Of a stretch of DNA of 64,000 nt, positions 37,811-47,813 are shown one piece after another. The notes beneath the pieces are model-generated. The model saw nothing but the letters and a program-made list of their open reading frames with translations, searched no databases and was not told the origin of the DNA. The position numbers and the translations under genes were made by a program. Each line of letters starts with the position of its first letter. Positions within the stretch are counted from its first letter, which is position 1. Source of the stretch: an uncultured Enterobacteriaceae bacterium (GTDB lineage: Bacteria > Verrucomicrobiota > Verrucomicrobiia > Opitutales > UBA953); assembly GCA_964510855.1 (NCBI GenBank), contig CAZEDB010000001.1, forward strand, positions 12,220-76,219, in the 5' to 3' direction.

Positions 37811-38479
37811 TTACTTCTTTGCACGACGGCGGATGGCAGTTCCCGCGAGGACCAATCCACCGAGGATTAAACCATAAGTGGAGGGTTCGGGAACGGCGGT
37901 TCCAACGATTAGAACGTTGTCGTAGTTCTTGTACGGGTTGGTCAAAACCCAGGTGCCTGCGTTGAAATTTTCGAAGGCCAATCCGCTCAAGAACGATCCG
38001 CTGGTTGGCCCTGAAAGTACGAGTTGTTGACCGCTGGTAGCGTTGACTTCGGTCTGTAAACGCCACATCACATAACCTACGCCATTACCGCCAAATAGCG
38101 TAATTTTTTCAAATGTACTGCTCTGATTAGTCGTGGTATTGGTCAAGACCAACCCAGTATTGAGGCCAGTGACATCAGCCAGCGGATTATCTAAGGCAGC
38201 CCCAGCAGTACCGGTCACCACATCCAATCCAAAAGAGGCGTTTCCAGAGCCAAAAGGTACGCTAAAAATTGACCAAGTCGAGTACTCCCCAACCTCCGGG
38301 GAGTAAGTTGGTGTACCAGTGTAGCTCCAAGAAAAACGCGTGTCTGCGCCGCCATTCTCAGAACTTAGGGTAGTTGTGAACGCGGGCGTCTGCGCACGAG
38401 CAACGGTAATCGAGAACGTGAGAACGGCAGGCAGAACTAGAGCATGCATGGGCAAAGTAGTAATTTTCACTCTATTCAA
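37811..38479 (-). CDS. PEP-CTERM-anchored secreted protein
   Basis: Signal peptide and the C-terminal VPEPSTYGLILGGLVLAGTAIRRRAKK. Confidence 0.75.
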   Translation of the reverse strand: MNRVKITTLPMHALVLPAVLTFSITVARAQTPAFTTTLSSENGGADTRFSWSYTGTPTYSPEVGEYSTWSIFSVPFGSGNASFGLDVVTGTAGAALDNPLADVTGLNTGLVLTNTTTNQSSTFEKITLFGGNGVGYVMWRLQTEVNATSGQQLVLSGPTSGSFLSGLAFENFNAGTWVLTNPYKNYDNVLIVGTAVPEPSTYGLILGGLVLAGTAIRRRAKK

Positions 38480-38540
38480 GTCAAGTTACATAACCCGAGA
38501 AGCAGTACGTACCTATGCCTTGAGAGAATATACAGAGATA

Positions 38541-39308
38541 TTATGCAACAACCTGAAGCTTAACTGACACTGGACAATGGTCTGAGCCCTTAACCTCAGC
38601 ATGAATACGTGGATTAGACCATGCACCGTCTAGACTTTCGGAGGCGAGGATGTAGTCGAGTCGCCAACCAATATTTCTTTCTCGTGCCTGCATGCGATAG
38701 GTCCACCACGAGTAGGCTCCGGTTTTCGCAGGATAATGGGACCGGAAAGTGTCTGTAAGATTTAACTCACTCAAGGTTATGCCGAGCGAGTTGCGTTCTT
38801 CTTCGGTAAAACCCGCATTGCGCTGATTAGCTTGGGGATGGGCTAAATCAATCGGCGCATGGGCGCAGTTAAGATCCCCACAAACTAAGTAAGGTTTCCC
38901 TTGCGTAAGGGTGCCGAGGTGACGGCGAAAATCTTCATCCCACTTCAAGCGATAATCGAGTCGGGTTAATTCACGCTGAGCGTTAGGTACATAAGCCGAA
39001 ACGACCCAGAAGTCCTTGAACTCAGCCGCTAATACCCTGCCCTCGCGCGGATGGTCGCCAGGAAAATCCGCTACCACCTGACGTGGGGCGACGCGTGAAA
39101 GGATAGCTGTGCCTGAGTAGCCTTTTTTATCGGCTTCGTGCCATGCAGTATGGGCGAAGCCTAAATCAAGTGCTTGGGCCTTAACCGTTTCACACTTAGT
39201 TTCTTGGAGGCACAAAATATCCGGCGTAGCTTCGGTGATAAAGGTCGCCAAGCCTTTGCCGAGCGCCGAGCGCACACCATTCACATTCCAAGAAACTAGG
39301 AGGGGCAT
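38541..39308 (-). CDS. xthA: Exodeoxyribonuclease III
   Basis: SWNVNG.R, LCLQETK, and C-terminal GSDHCPV. Confidence 0.92.
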   Translation of the reverse strand: MPLLVSWNVNGVRSALGKGLATFITEATPDILCLQETKCETVKAQALDLGFAHTAWHEADKKGYSGTAILSRVAPRQVVADFPGDHPREGRVLAAEFKDFWVVSAYVPNAQRELTRLDYRLKWDEDFRRHLGTLTQGKPYLVCGDLNCAHAPIDLAHPQANQRNAGFTEEERNSLGITLSELNLTDTFRSHYPAKTGAYSWWTYRMQARERNIGWRLDYILASESLDGAWSNPRIHAEVKGSDHCPVSVKLQVVA

Positions 39309-39364
39309 AGGTTACTCGAAACAAAGCATCGCTGAACCTTGCTGAGATGATTCCTGAGAAAGTC

Positions 39365-40171
39365 TTAACGTTTCTCAGGCGTGCCGAAGAGCGTACGCAT
39401 GCGGCGATCGAGATCGTCGTCGGGCTGTGGCGAAGTTGTTGGCGTATCACTTGGCCGCTTAGGCTCAGCGCGGGGGGCAGGTGTAGGCGCGGGAGGTGCA
39501 GGAGGGGGAACAAGGCGAGGCTTGCCTGATATCTCTACAAGGCGGGCACGCGCTTGGGTCTCTAAGTCTGTAACTTTGTGATCAACGATGAACTTAGCGC
39601 CTTTGGCACGAACCTCAACCGTACCATCTCCAAAGACTTTACTTACTTGGAGGCGCTCACCTGCAGCTAAGGGCAATTCACCAATCACCTCCGTGCCTTG
39701 AAGAATTTGGGCATCGATCGCCTTACTCAGCGTAATAACCAAAGGCCAAGCGGCAGGCTTAATGCAGAGCTCAGCAAAATCGACCGGGGTTAAATCGGCC
39801 GGCGATACTTCAGGAGGGGTCGTTACCACTGGAGTGGGTTCGGGATTGGCAGGCTGAGGCGCTGGCTCAGGAACTTGGGTTACAGGTTCAGGCTCTTCTT
39901 CGACCAGTTGCTGGGGCTTGGGTGCCTCAGCAACCGGGGCGGGCGCAGGCGCGGGAGGGGCGATTGGCGTAGTACGACCAAAAAGGTTGGAGTTGTCGGG
40001 CGGCTGAACGGGCTCAGGCACAACCTGCACTTGGGCGGAAGGGGTGCTGGACGGCTTAGGCGCATTCGCCAAGCGCACGTTCTCTTGCTGCTTCACCCAG
40101 AGCAACGAGCCGAGGATGCCGAGCGTAGCTCCCAGCAGGACGAGAAGCGTGCTTTTAATCAAAGATACCAT
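39365..40171 (-). CDS. Membrane-anchored proline-rich protein of unknown function
   Basis: An N-terminal TM helix, about 100 aa of P/A/E/V-rich spacer, an ~90-aa globular segment, then a second Pro-rich tail. Confidence 0.5.
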   Translation of the reverse strand: MVSLIKSTLLVLLGATLGILGSLLWVKQQENVRLANAPKPSSTPSAQVQVVPEPVQPPDNSNLFGRTTPIAPPAPAPAPVAEAPKPQQLVEEEPEPVTQVPEPAPQPANPEPTPVVTTPPEVSPADLTPVDFAELCIKPAAWPLVITLSKAIDAQILQGTEVIGELPLAAGERLQVSKVFGDGTVEVRAKGAKFIVDHKVTDLETQARARLVEISGKPRLVPPPAPPAPTPAPRAEPKRPSDTPTTSPQPDDDLDRRMRTLFGTPEKR

Positions 40172-40179
40172 AGAAAGGT

Positions 40180-41760
40180 TTAGGTGCCGGCTTTAAGTTC
40201 AACCACATCGTGGGGAGCTGACTCACGTTGGCCAGCGGGTGAAACCCGGATGTAGCGGGCTAGTCTACGATGTTCTTTAAGATTGCGAGCGCCAAGATAG
40301 CCTAGGCCGCTCTGCACCCCGCCACAAAGCGTACCTAACACCTTATCGACGGTGCCTGAAACTTCCTTCAAGGCTTCAATGCCTTCAGGGGCCACCTTAG
40401 AATGTTTACTGTGCGGTGCCGCGTGACCGTAGCGTGCGGCCGAGCCTTGACGCATCGCTTCAAGCGAACCCATCCCACGATACTCTTTATAGGTCTTACC
40501 ATTAATCTCGAGGATCTTGCCTGGAGCCTCGCGACAGCCGGCGAGGAGTCCACCAAGAATAACGCCATCAGCAAGCGTGAGGGCTTTTACAATATCCCCA
40601 CTCTTACTAATCCCACCGTCGGCGAGAATTCGGATGCCTTTCTTCTGGGCCGCAAGTGAGCATACATGGAGGGCGGTGAGTTGGGGAATGCCTACGCCAG
40701 CAACCAAGCGGGTGGTACAAATTGAACCAGGACCTTGCCCCACCTTAATCGCATCGGCACCGGCAGCTGCGAGAAAATCAACGCCTTCACCACTGGTGAC
40801 ATTACCCGCAATCAGGGTGAGTTGCGGGAAAGCTTTTCTTAAGAAGCGGGTAGCCTCGCCAATACCTTTAGAAAAACCGTGGGCACTCGAAACCGCTACC
40901 GCATCGAGCCCGGCCTCCACTAAGGTCTCAACGTGACGGATGAGGCGCTTTTGTTCAACCGCACCATCTTCCGTGCGGGGAACAGAAACGGCAGCTCCCA
41001 CTCGTAAGCGAAAACTCGCATCGCGGCTGGGGCGGAGATTAGCCCGGGATTCTTCGGCGAGGCGCTCGATATCGGAAAGGGTGAAAAGACCGCGCAAGTG
41101 GCCCTTACCATCGGTCACGAGTAATTTGTTTAAACCTACCTTATCAGAGAAAATACGGTCGGCCGTAGCAATGGGGTCTTTGCCTAAATCTTTTTCGGAA
41201 ACGGAAAGGACTTTTTCAGCCGGAATCATGGCGTCTTTAACCGACCGAGCGCGGTGGCGGTCCTTAACCGCATTACCTGGGAGTAAGCCTAAAAGTCGTC
41301 CATCTTTTGCTACCACGGGGAAGGTACTGAAAGACAATCCATCGCGATCAATGCGAGCCAAGACATCCCCAATTAATAAGTCAGGGGTAACGGTCGCAGG
41401 GTCGGCTATCATGCCGTGAATATGATTCTTAACGCGCAGCACTTCGCGGAGCTGATCGTCTTCCGACATATTATAATGGAGTAGACCGAGACCGCCATTA
41501 AGGGCCATAGCGATGGCCATCTGGTGTTCCGTAACGGTATCCATGTCTGACGACACCACAGGTAAGGAAAGGGTTAGGCGGTCGGATAAGGTGGTATCTA
41601 AACGCGTGTCACGCGGTAATACATCTGAGTAAAGAGTGGCGAGGGTGACGTCATCATACGTCAAACCCACCCCGGCGTGACGGGCAAAGAACTCTTTGGC
41701 GGGCAGATAAAAATCGGCGTCGGAATGACGCGCGGGCTTCTTCTTTGGGGAAACGGACAT
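40180..41760 (-). CDS. guaB: IMP dehydrogenase
   Basis: GLTYDDV, a CBS pair, and the catalytic loop [11 protein letters not shown]-like ([17 protein letters not shown]). I set the start at the ATG at 41760 (MSVSPKK...). Confidence 0.93.
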   Translation of the reverse strand: MSVSPKKKPARHSDADFYLPAKEFFARHAGVGLTYDDVTLATLYSDVLPRDTRLDTTLSDRLTLSLPVVSSDMDTVTEHQMAIAMALNGGLGLLHYNMSEDDQLREVLRVKNHIHGMIADPATVTPDLLIGDVLARIDRDGLSFSTFPVVAKDGRLLGLLPGNAVKDRHRARSVKDAMIPAEKVLSVSEKDLGKDPIATADRIFSDKVGLNKLLVTDGKGHLRGLFTLSDIERLAEESRANLRPSRDASFRLRVGAAVSVPRTEDGAVEQKRLIRHVETLVEAGLDAVAVSSAHGFSKGIGEATRFLRKAFPQLTLIAGNVTSGEGVDFLAAAGADAIKVGQGPGSICTTRLVAGVGIPQLTALHVCSLAAQKKGIRILADGGISKSGDIVKALTLADGVILGGLLAGCREAPGKILEINGKTYKEYRGMGSLEAMRQGSAARYGHAAPHSKHSKVAPEGIEALKEVSGTVDKVLGTLCGGVQSGLGYLGARNLKEHRRLARYIRVSPAGQRESAPHDVVELKAGT

Positions 41761-41862
41761 GGTGTGCGTGTTTCCCCAAGGGGTGTTAGGGAAACATCCC
41801 CTCCTGGGCAAGGAGAATAGGGGCAGTCTTGCCACTTCCCCACTTACTAGGAACATTAAGGG

Positions 41863-42828
41863 GTGGCTGATGGCTCCTTTCAGTTTCGTCGCTTACGGCG
41901 TCATTTCAAAAATCCCCTCCAGACGGGTTCGGGTACGGTAAGTCATATCGACCGCTTACTCTTACGCGTCGAGTCCGCTCAGGGCATTGGCTGGGGTGAA
42001 ATCGCCCCTTGGCCAACCTTCCCGGTCGAAAAAATTACCGACGCTCTAAACTTCCTCGAAGCCGCCAAGGGCAACCTTGCCGCGCTCTATGCAGGAATTG
42101 CGGGATATGAACAGCAGTTCCCTTGCCTTATGGCTGCCCTGGCCATGGCGCGTGATGGGGCGACTATTCAATCAACCTCCGTAGCCCTTCCTTGTACGGG
42201 ACTTGTCCCCATGGGCGCTCCAGCCGAACGACTGAAGTCACTCTATGAATTGGGCTATCGTAGCATAAAAATTAAAATTAGTCCGGAAACCAACTTGGTC
42301 GCCCTTGAAGCTAAGATCGCAACCTTACCTTCTGACTTAACCCTGCGGCTCGATGCCAACGGTTCACTTCCTCCTGAGCGAGCCCGCGATTGGATTCATT
42401 TCACGCAAGGTACTCCGCAAATTGAATTCCTCGAGCAACCGCTCGCAGCCGGACATCCCGAACTCCTGCAACACAGCGGCAGTAAAATAGCCCTCGATGA
42501 GTCAGTAACCCAACCCGTCGGTAACCTTGCAGCTGAATCCTGGCCGGGGCTTTTTGTCATCAAGCCAGCGTTATCCGGCGACTGGGGTCCAGTTGCTGCT
42601 TGGGCTAAGGCGCGACCTGGGCGAGTGGTGCTTTCTTCAGCTTTTGAAACCGCGATTGGCCGTCAGGCAGGTTTAGTTTGGGCGTCGGCCCTTAACCTCA
42701 ATCGCGCCGTGGGCTTTGATACGCTCAATTACTTTGAGTCTGATGGTTGGGAAATGCATAACTCAGGACCGGTCGTAAAAACTTTAGACGGGTTTGATTG
42801 GGAGGCTTATTGGAGAAAAAATCCATGA
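41863..42828 (+). CDS. menC: o-Succinylbenzoate synthase (enolase superfamily)
   Basis: Metal-ligand contexts [15 protein letters not shown] and KIALDES. Adjacent to and overlapping a menE-like gene. Confidence 0.7.
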   Translation: MADGSFQFRRLRRHFKNPLQTGSGTVSHIDRLLLRVESAQGIGWGEIAPWPTFPVEKITDALNFLEAAKGNLAALYAGIAGYEQQFPCLMAALAMARDGATIQSTSVALPCTGLVPMGAPAERLKSLYELGYRSIKIKISPETNLVALEAKIATLPSDLTLRLDANGSLPPERARDWIHFTQGTPQIEFLEQPLAAGHPELLQHSGSKIALDESVTQPVGNLAAESWPGLFVIKPALSGDWGPVAAWAKARPGRVVLSSAFETAIGRQAGLVWASALNLNRAVGFDTLNYFESDGWEMHNSGPVVKTLDGFDWEAYWRKNP

Positions 42829-44027
42829 GAGGCGTGCTGAATTTTCAGACCGACCCTGAGCTGCACTTGCAAACGACGCTGGCAGCACTCGAACGGCGTG
42901 AGCCTATTTTCTTGGGTAACCCACGCTGGTCACCCGAACAGCGGGCGGCCGCCTTGCGCTTGGTTCCTTTAGGTTGTCGGGTTGAGGGCACATCCGACCC
43001 CGCGCGCGGCGTAGCCCCGTGTGATTGGCCAACCGCTTGGTCTGGGCGACTGATGATTCCCACGGGCGGTACCGGGGGCACGGTACGTTTTGTGATTCAC
43101 GACGAACGCACCCTTTCTGCCGCTTGTGAGTCACTGCGCCTAGCACTTGCGGCACGTAACTTAAACGGCCCTTTGCATGCTGCGATTGTTACGCCGCCTT
43201 GGCATGTGAGCGGACTGATGCCCGCGCTTCGCGCCCGCCACACTGGCGGGAGTTGGGCTTGTGCCCCAGGTAATTTCTTAGCGGAAAATCCTTTACCCGA
43301 GATTCACTTACCTCCGGGCGGTCACCGCTTGATTTCACTCGTCCCTACTCAACTTCAACGCCTGCTCGTGCATCCTGCTGGCGATGCTTGGCTGCGCCAG
43401 TGGGAGGTTATTCTCCTCGGCGGTGCTTCGGTGTCGGCTGAACTTTGCCAAGTCATTCAACAACGCCGCCTGCCCGTTGCTATCACCTATGGTATGACCG
43501 AGACCGCGGCCGCAGTGGCATTAGCGTGGCCGGAAGATTTTCAAGCCAGAGGTTTACCTGCCGGCCATCCCTTACCAGGCGTGGGCATGGCATCACGTAA
43601 CGGACAACTAGAAATCGAGTCCCCCAGTTTAGGTTTAGGCGTTTGGCCTACGCAGCCATTAAAACGTCCCTACCTAACGGGTGACCTCGGAGAGCTTTTG
43701 CCCGATGGTCGGGTGATTGTTACAGGTCGAGCCGATCGGGTGTTGATTAGCGGAGGCGAGAAAGTAGACCCTGCGCGAGTTGAGCGTGTGCTGTGTGGGC
43801 CAGGTCTTGCCCAATCAGCTTGGGTGACGGGTCTGCCTGATGCCACTTGGGGTCAACTCATTGTCGCCACCGTAGTCGCCCCGCCTGAACTCGAGACCGC
43901 TTTAAGAAAGGTTGCCGATGAGGCACTCGAGCCCGCTGCACGCCCGCGGCGTTACTTATTTGTTTCAGCTCTACCCTATGATGAACGAGGCAAGCTTCCG
44001 CTGCGGCCCGATCAATTTAACGTTTAA
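42825..44027 (+). CDS. menE: o-Succinylbenzoate--CoA ligase-like adenylating enzyme (short)
   Basis: PTGGTGGT, YGMTET, and GDLG..DGRVIVTGRADRVLISGGEKV. The start ATG at 42825 overlaps the menC stop (ATGA). Confidence 0.65.
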   Translation: MRGVLNFQTDPELHLQTTLAALERREPIFLGNPRWSPEQRAAALRLVPLGCRVEGTSDPARGVAPCDWPTAWSGRLMIPTGGTGGTVRFVIHDERTLSAACESLRLALAARNLNGPLHAAIVTPPWHVSGLMPALRARHTGGSWACAPGNFLAENPLPEIHLPPGGHRLISLVPTQLQRLLVHPAGDAWLRQWEVILLGGASVSAELCQVIQQRRLPVAITYGMTETAAAVALAWPEDFQARGLPAGHPLPGVGMASRNGQLEIESPSLGLGVWPTQPLKRPYLTGDLGELLPDGRVIVTGRADRVLISGGEKVDPARVERVLCGPGLAQSAWVTGLPDATWGQLIVATVVAPPELETALRKVADEALEPAARPRRYLFVSALPYDERGKLPLRPDQFNV

Positions 44028-44034
44028 TCTAAAC

Positions 44035-44829
44035 TTAACTGCGTGCCGCGCGCCAAATCTTAAGGCAGCTCGCCACGAGTTCGGCAAATTGTTCGAGAGG
44101 AACTTGGCTGGGTCCATCTGAGAGGGCGCGTGCAGGATCAGGATGGGTCTCTAAGAAAAGTCCGCTCGCGCCAGCGGCGAGGGCGGCGCGGGCTAATACG
44201 GGGACAAACTCACGCTGACCGCCCGAGGCACCCCCAGCAGCGCCAGGAAGCTGCACGGCGTGCGTAGCATCCATAATCGTCGGCCAGCCATTTGCTGCCA
44301 TGATGGGGAAGCTGCGCATATCGACCACGAGGTTTTGGTAGCCGAAGGTGGTCCCACGATCAGTCTGCCAAATTTCTTTTGCACCGGCGCCGGAAAGTTT
44401 ATCGACGACGTAACGCATCTCAAAAGGGGAAAGGAATTGCCCCTTCTTAACGTTAACCACTTTCCCTGTCTGAGCTGCAGCCACTAGCAAATCCGTTTGC
44501 CGACACATGAAGGCAGGAATTTGTAAGACATCAGCAACCTTGCCCACGGGAGCGCATTGCTCGGGGCTATGGACGTCTGTTAAAAGTGGAAAACCATAGT
44601 CGCGGCGCGCGAGGGAAAGTAATTCAAGCCCCGCCGCTAACCCGGGGCCGCGGTCTGCGTTCAGCGAGGTGCGGTTAGCCTTATCATACGAACCTTTAAA
44701 AATGATATTTAATTCAGGATTTTTATCGGCAATTACACGCAGCTCTTTGGCTACGGTACGCACATTAGCTTCAGACTCTAGCGAACAAGGGCCGGCAATA
44801 AGAAGAAGGCGACGCGGGTCGTGAAGCAT
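44035..44829 (-). CDS. kdsA: 3-Deoxy-8-phosphooctulonate (KDO8P) synthase
   Basis: 264 aa, with [19 protein letters not shown] and DATHAVQLP. Confidence 0.92.
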   Translation of the reverse strand: MLHDPRRLLLIAGPCSLESEANVRTVAKELRVIADKNPELNIIFKGSYDKANRTSLNADRGPGLAAGLELLSLARRDYGFPLLTDVHSPEQCAPVGKVADVLQIPAFMCRQTDLLVAAAQTGKVVNVKKGQFLSPFEMRYVVDKLSGAGAKEIWQTDRGTTFGYQNLVVDMRSFPIMAANGWPTIMDATHAVQLPGAAGGASGGQREFVPVLARAALAAGASGLFLETHPDPARALSDGPSQVPLEQFAELVASCLKIWRAARS

Positions 44830-44866
44830 GGGGTGAGATTAAGGAAAGATAGGAAAAGGTCGAGGC

Positions 44867-46597
44867 TCAGTCACGCTTGAGCCACCGCAAGACTTCAGCG
44901 AGGGGGCGGGTATTAATGACTTGGTCGGCGGTCAGCCAGCCCTTGCGAGCCACATTGATACCTAAGCGCGTGAAGGGCAAATGATCTACGTGGTGGGCGT
45001 CGGGATTAATGGAGCACAAGACCCCTTTTTCTGCAGCCCGGCGCCAATGCGTCCAATCCATATCTAACCGGCGAGGGTGCGCATTTAGTTCGATAGATTT
45101 TTTATTAGCGGCGGCCGCATCCACCACCTTGGCTAAGTTTACTTTATAGGCCTCACGCTGCAGTAATAGCCTGCCTGTAGCATGACCTAAAATGTGCACA
45201 TAGGGGTTTTCTAAAGCCTTAATAATACGGGCGGTCATGGCTTCTTCATCTAACTGCATTGAGGCATGAACCGAAGCTACCACCACATCAAGTTTGGCTA
45301 AAATCTCGTCGGGATAATCGAGGGTACCATCCTTGAGAATATCTACCTCACTACCGGAGAGAATACGGACGCGATTACGACCTGACTTATTAAGTGCCTT
45401 GATAGCCGAAATCTGCGCTAAGAGCCGGTCAACCTCAAGACCTCCTGCATAGACGCTGGTTTGTGAGTGATCGGTAATGCCCAAATATTCCCAACCTAAC
45501 GCGTCGGCCGCATCCGCCATTTGCTCAAGGGTAGATTTACCATCTGAGGCGGTGGTGTGATTATGAAAAGATCCCTTTAAGTCGCTCGCTTCTAGTAAAC
45601 GCGGCAGTTGATGATTTTCTGAGGCATCAATTTCCCCCTGCCCCTCGCGAAGTTCCTGAGGAATCCACGGTAAGCCCAAAGTCTTAAAAACCTCGGCCTC
45701 AGAATCTGCTCCCGGGGCGGTCTTGCCTGGTTCTGTAGGCGTAAAGCCCCATTCGCTCATGCTAAGCCCGCGACTTAAGGCGCGCTGACGCATGGCAACA
45801 TTGTGTTCTTTGGAGCCAGTGAAGTGGTGCAGCGCAAAGAAGAATTGAGCGGGAGGAACCACCCGAAGGTCGACTTGTAAGCCGCCTTCAACGCGGACGC
45901 TGGATTTAGTTTGCCCGTGTGCGGTTACTTCAAGGATGCCTGGCTGAACCGTGAACCAATCCATAATCGGCGCAGGTTCGTCGGACGCTACGATGAAATC
46001 TAAATCTCCCACCGTCTCTCGATTACGTCGGAAAGAACCTGCCGCCTCAGCGCGCTTAACTTGCGGCAAGGCCCGTAAACCTGCGAGCAAGGTAGTGACA
46101 ACGCTCTCTACCGAAACCCAGAGGTGGCGTTTTCCGTAAGCTTCTCGATTACGAATCCCAGCGAGGAGAGCGTTTTGGGTTTTTTCACCAAAGCCTTTGA
46201 GCTCAGCTACCTTACCCTCATTACAAGCTGCTTGTAGCCCAGCTAAATCAACCACCCCGAGTTCTTGCCAGAGGCGCCGGGTTTTCTTGGGCCCCATCCC
46301 AGGGATTGATAAAATTTCTGGAAGCCCAGGAGGCAACGAAGCACGGAGTTTATCGAGAAAATCTAAACGTCCATCATGCCTGAGTTTACTAATCTTATCC
46401 GCCAAAGCTTCGCCGATACCAGGTTTCTCTGCGAGCTGACCGCTGGCAATGAGCGTGTCGAGGTCGTCGGTTAGCGTTTCGAGTAAACGGGCACCGTTAC
46501 TATAAGCGCGAATTTTAAAAGGGTTCTCGCCTGAAAGTTCGAGGAGTTGAGCGATTTCATCAAGCACCTCGGCAATACCGTGGGCATCAAGGCTCAT
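44867..46597 (-). CDS. polX: Family X DNA polymerase with C-terminal PHP domain
   Basis: HhH motifs (IPGMGPKK), the Pol-beta-like core GSFRR..ETVGDLDF, and the PHP motif HNHT..SDG. Confidence 0.9.
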   Translation of the reverse strand: MSLDAHGIAEVLDEIAQLLELSGENPFKIRAYSNGARLLETLTDDLDTLIASGQLAEKPGIGEALADKISKLRHDGRLDFLDKLRASLPPGLPEILSIPGMGPKKTRRLWQELGVVDLAGLQAACNEGKVAELKGFGEKTQNALLAGIRNREAYGKRHLWVSVESVVTTLLAGLRALPQVKRAEAAGSFRRNRETVGDLDFIVASDEPAPIMDWFTVQPGILEVTAHGQTKSSVRVEGGLQVDLRVVPPAQFFFALHHFTGSKEHNVAMRQRALSRGLSMSEWGFTPTEPGKTAPGADSEAEVFKTLGLPWIPQELREGQGEIDASENHQLPRLLEASDLKGSFHNHTTASDGKSTLEQMADAADALGWEYLGITDHSQTSVYAGGLEVDRLLAQISAIKALNKSGRNRVRILSGSEVDILKDGTLDYPDEILAKLDVVVASVHASMQLDEEAMTARIIKALENPYVHILGHATGRLLLQREAYKVNLAKVVDAAAANKKSIELNAHPRRLDMDWTHWRRAAEKGVLCSINPDAHHVDHLPFTRLGINVARKGWLTADQVINTRPLAEVLRWLKRD

Positions 46598-47196
46598 CGG
46601 CGTTGAGCTCGGGCGGCTTGATAAATAGCACTGAGCGCCGCGAAATCCTGCTCACGGGTGCCACTTTCAATAATGTGATCATAGGCCGAGGCGCAGGACA
46701 TCTCCACCGCGGAGACTTGCAGTCTTCTTTCAATTTCATCGGCGGCATCGGTGGCCCTTCCACTTAGCCGGCGACGTAATTCGGTGACATCACTTACCTT
46801 GACAAATACCGTCACCAAATCGCCTGCGAGTTCAGGATTTTTCGCTACTTGGGTACGCAGGGTGGCAGCACCCTGTACATCAAGGTTTACCAAGGCGTCA
46901 TGCCCGGCGGCAAGTTGACGCGCTACATCGGCTGCTCGTAAGCCATAGAGCCGCGTATGGACGCGAGCATGCTCGAGAAAGCCGCCGGCATCTAAGGTCT
47001 TTTGAAAAACTTCTGGGGTGAGAAAATGGTAATCCACGCCATCAATTTCACCCTCGCGTGGCACGCGGGTGGTGCAAGTTACCACTCGGGTTAAGGTTGC
47101 GGCATGAGCGGCTACCAACTGATCGCAAAGCGTGGTCTTACCGCTTCCGGCTGGACCGGAAAGAACCAAGAGGAGGCCGCGCCTTTGCTGTCCCAT
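46594..47196 (-). CDS. gmk: Guanylate kinase
   Basis: LLLVLSGPAGSGKTTL and TTRVPREGEIDGVDYHF. The start is set at the ATG at 47196, so the upstream ORF-track extension is rejected. Confidence 0.9.
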   Translation of the reverse strand: MGQQRRGLLLVLSGPAGSGKTTLCDQLVAAHAATLTRVVTCTTRVPREGEIDGVDYHFLTPEVFQKTLDAGGFLEHARVHTRLYGLRAADVARQLAAGHDALVNLDVQGAATLRTQVAKNPELAGDLVTVFVKVSDVTELRRRLSGRATDAADEIERRLQVSAVEMSCASAYDHIIESGTREQDFAALSAIYQAARAQRR

Positions 47197-47726
47197 CACG
47201 GTAGAGTGAGGGCGCGACCGACGGTCGCAAGCGCAGTGGCAAGAAGGATAGCCCCGACCGTGTATCGTAAGGCGGGTCGGGCAAGAAGCCCATCGGTGTG
47301 GCGCACAAAAGCTCCAGGCGAGGTTGCCCACCAAAGCCCCGGGATAACCAATAAAAGATAACAAATCCAAGCGTTGAGTGCACTTTCAGGCAACTGCATC
47401 CAGCCTGCATCAAGCACCGCACGCGCTAAAAACATCATCAAACAACCCAGCGCGCGCACGGGCAAGAGGTCGGGTAGCCAAATAAAAGCGGCTAAGCCTC
47501 CGAGCACAAAAATTATCAAGACAGGTAAACGCGGGAAACCCGCCAAATCAGGTTGGGGTAAATTACCGAGGTGCCAGCCCAACATAAAAATTGCGGCCAA
47601 GCCGAGTACCGCTCCAACGGATTTGGACCTCCTCAAGGAAATCCAGAGATAGGGAGCAACTAAGGTTTGGATGGCGACAAGGGTAAGTACGCTGGCGAGG
47701 AGCCATGTCGCTACAGTTAAAGACAT
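47196..47726 (-). CDS. Polytopic membrane protein of unknown function
   Basis: Five or six hydrophobic segments. Its stop overlaps the gmk start by 1 nt (TGATG). Confidence 0.5.
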   Translation of the reverse strand: MSLTVATWLLASVLTLVAIQTLVAPYLWISLRRSKSVGAVLGLAAIFMLGWHLGNLPQPDLAGFPRLPVLIIFVLGGLAAFIWLPDLLPVRALGCLMMFLARAVLDAGWMQLPESALNAWICYLLLVIPGLWWATSPGAFVRHTDGLLARPALRYTVGAILLATALATVGRALTLP

Positions 47727-47813
47727 AACCTTGGTTCAAAGCATTTTGAGGCCAAGGGCGAGAACGGACTCTCTGGGCTGGTCAGTGTATTTATCCATGG
47801 CAGCCGACTCGGT

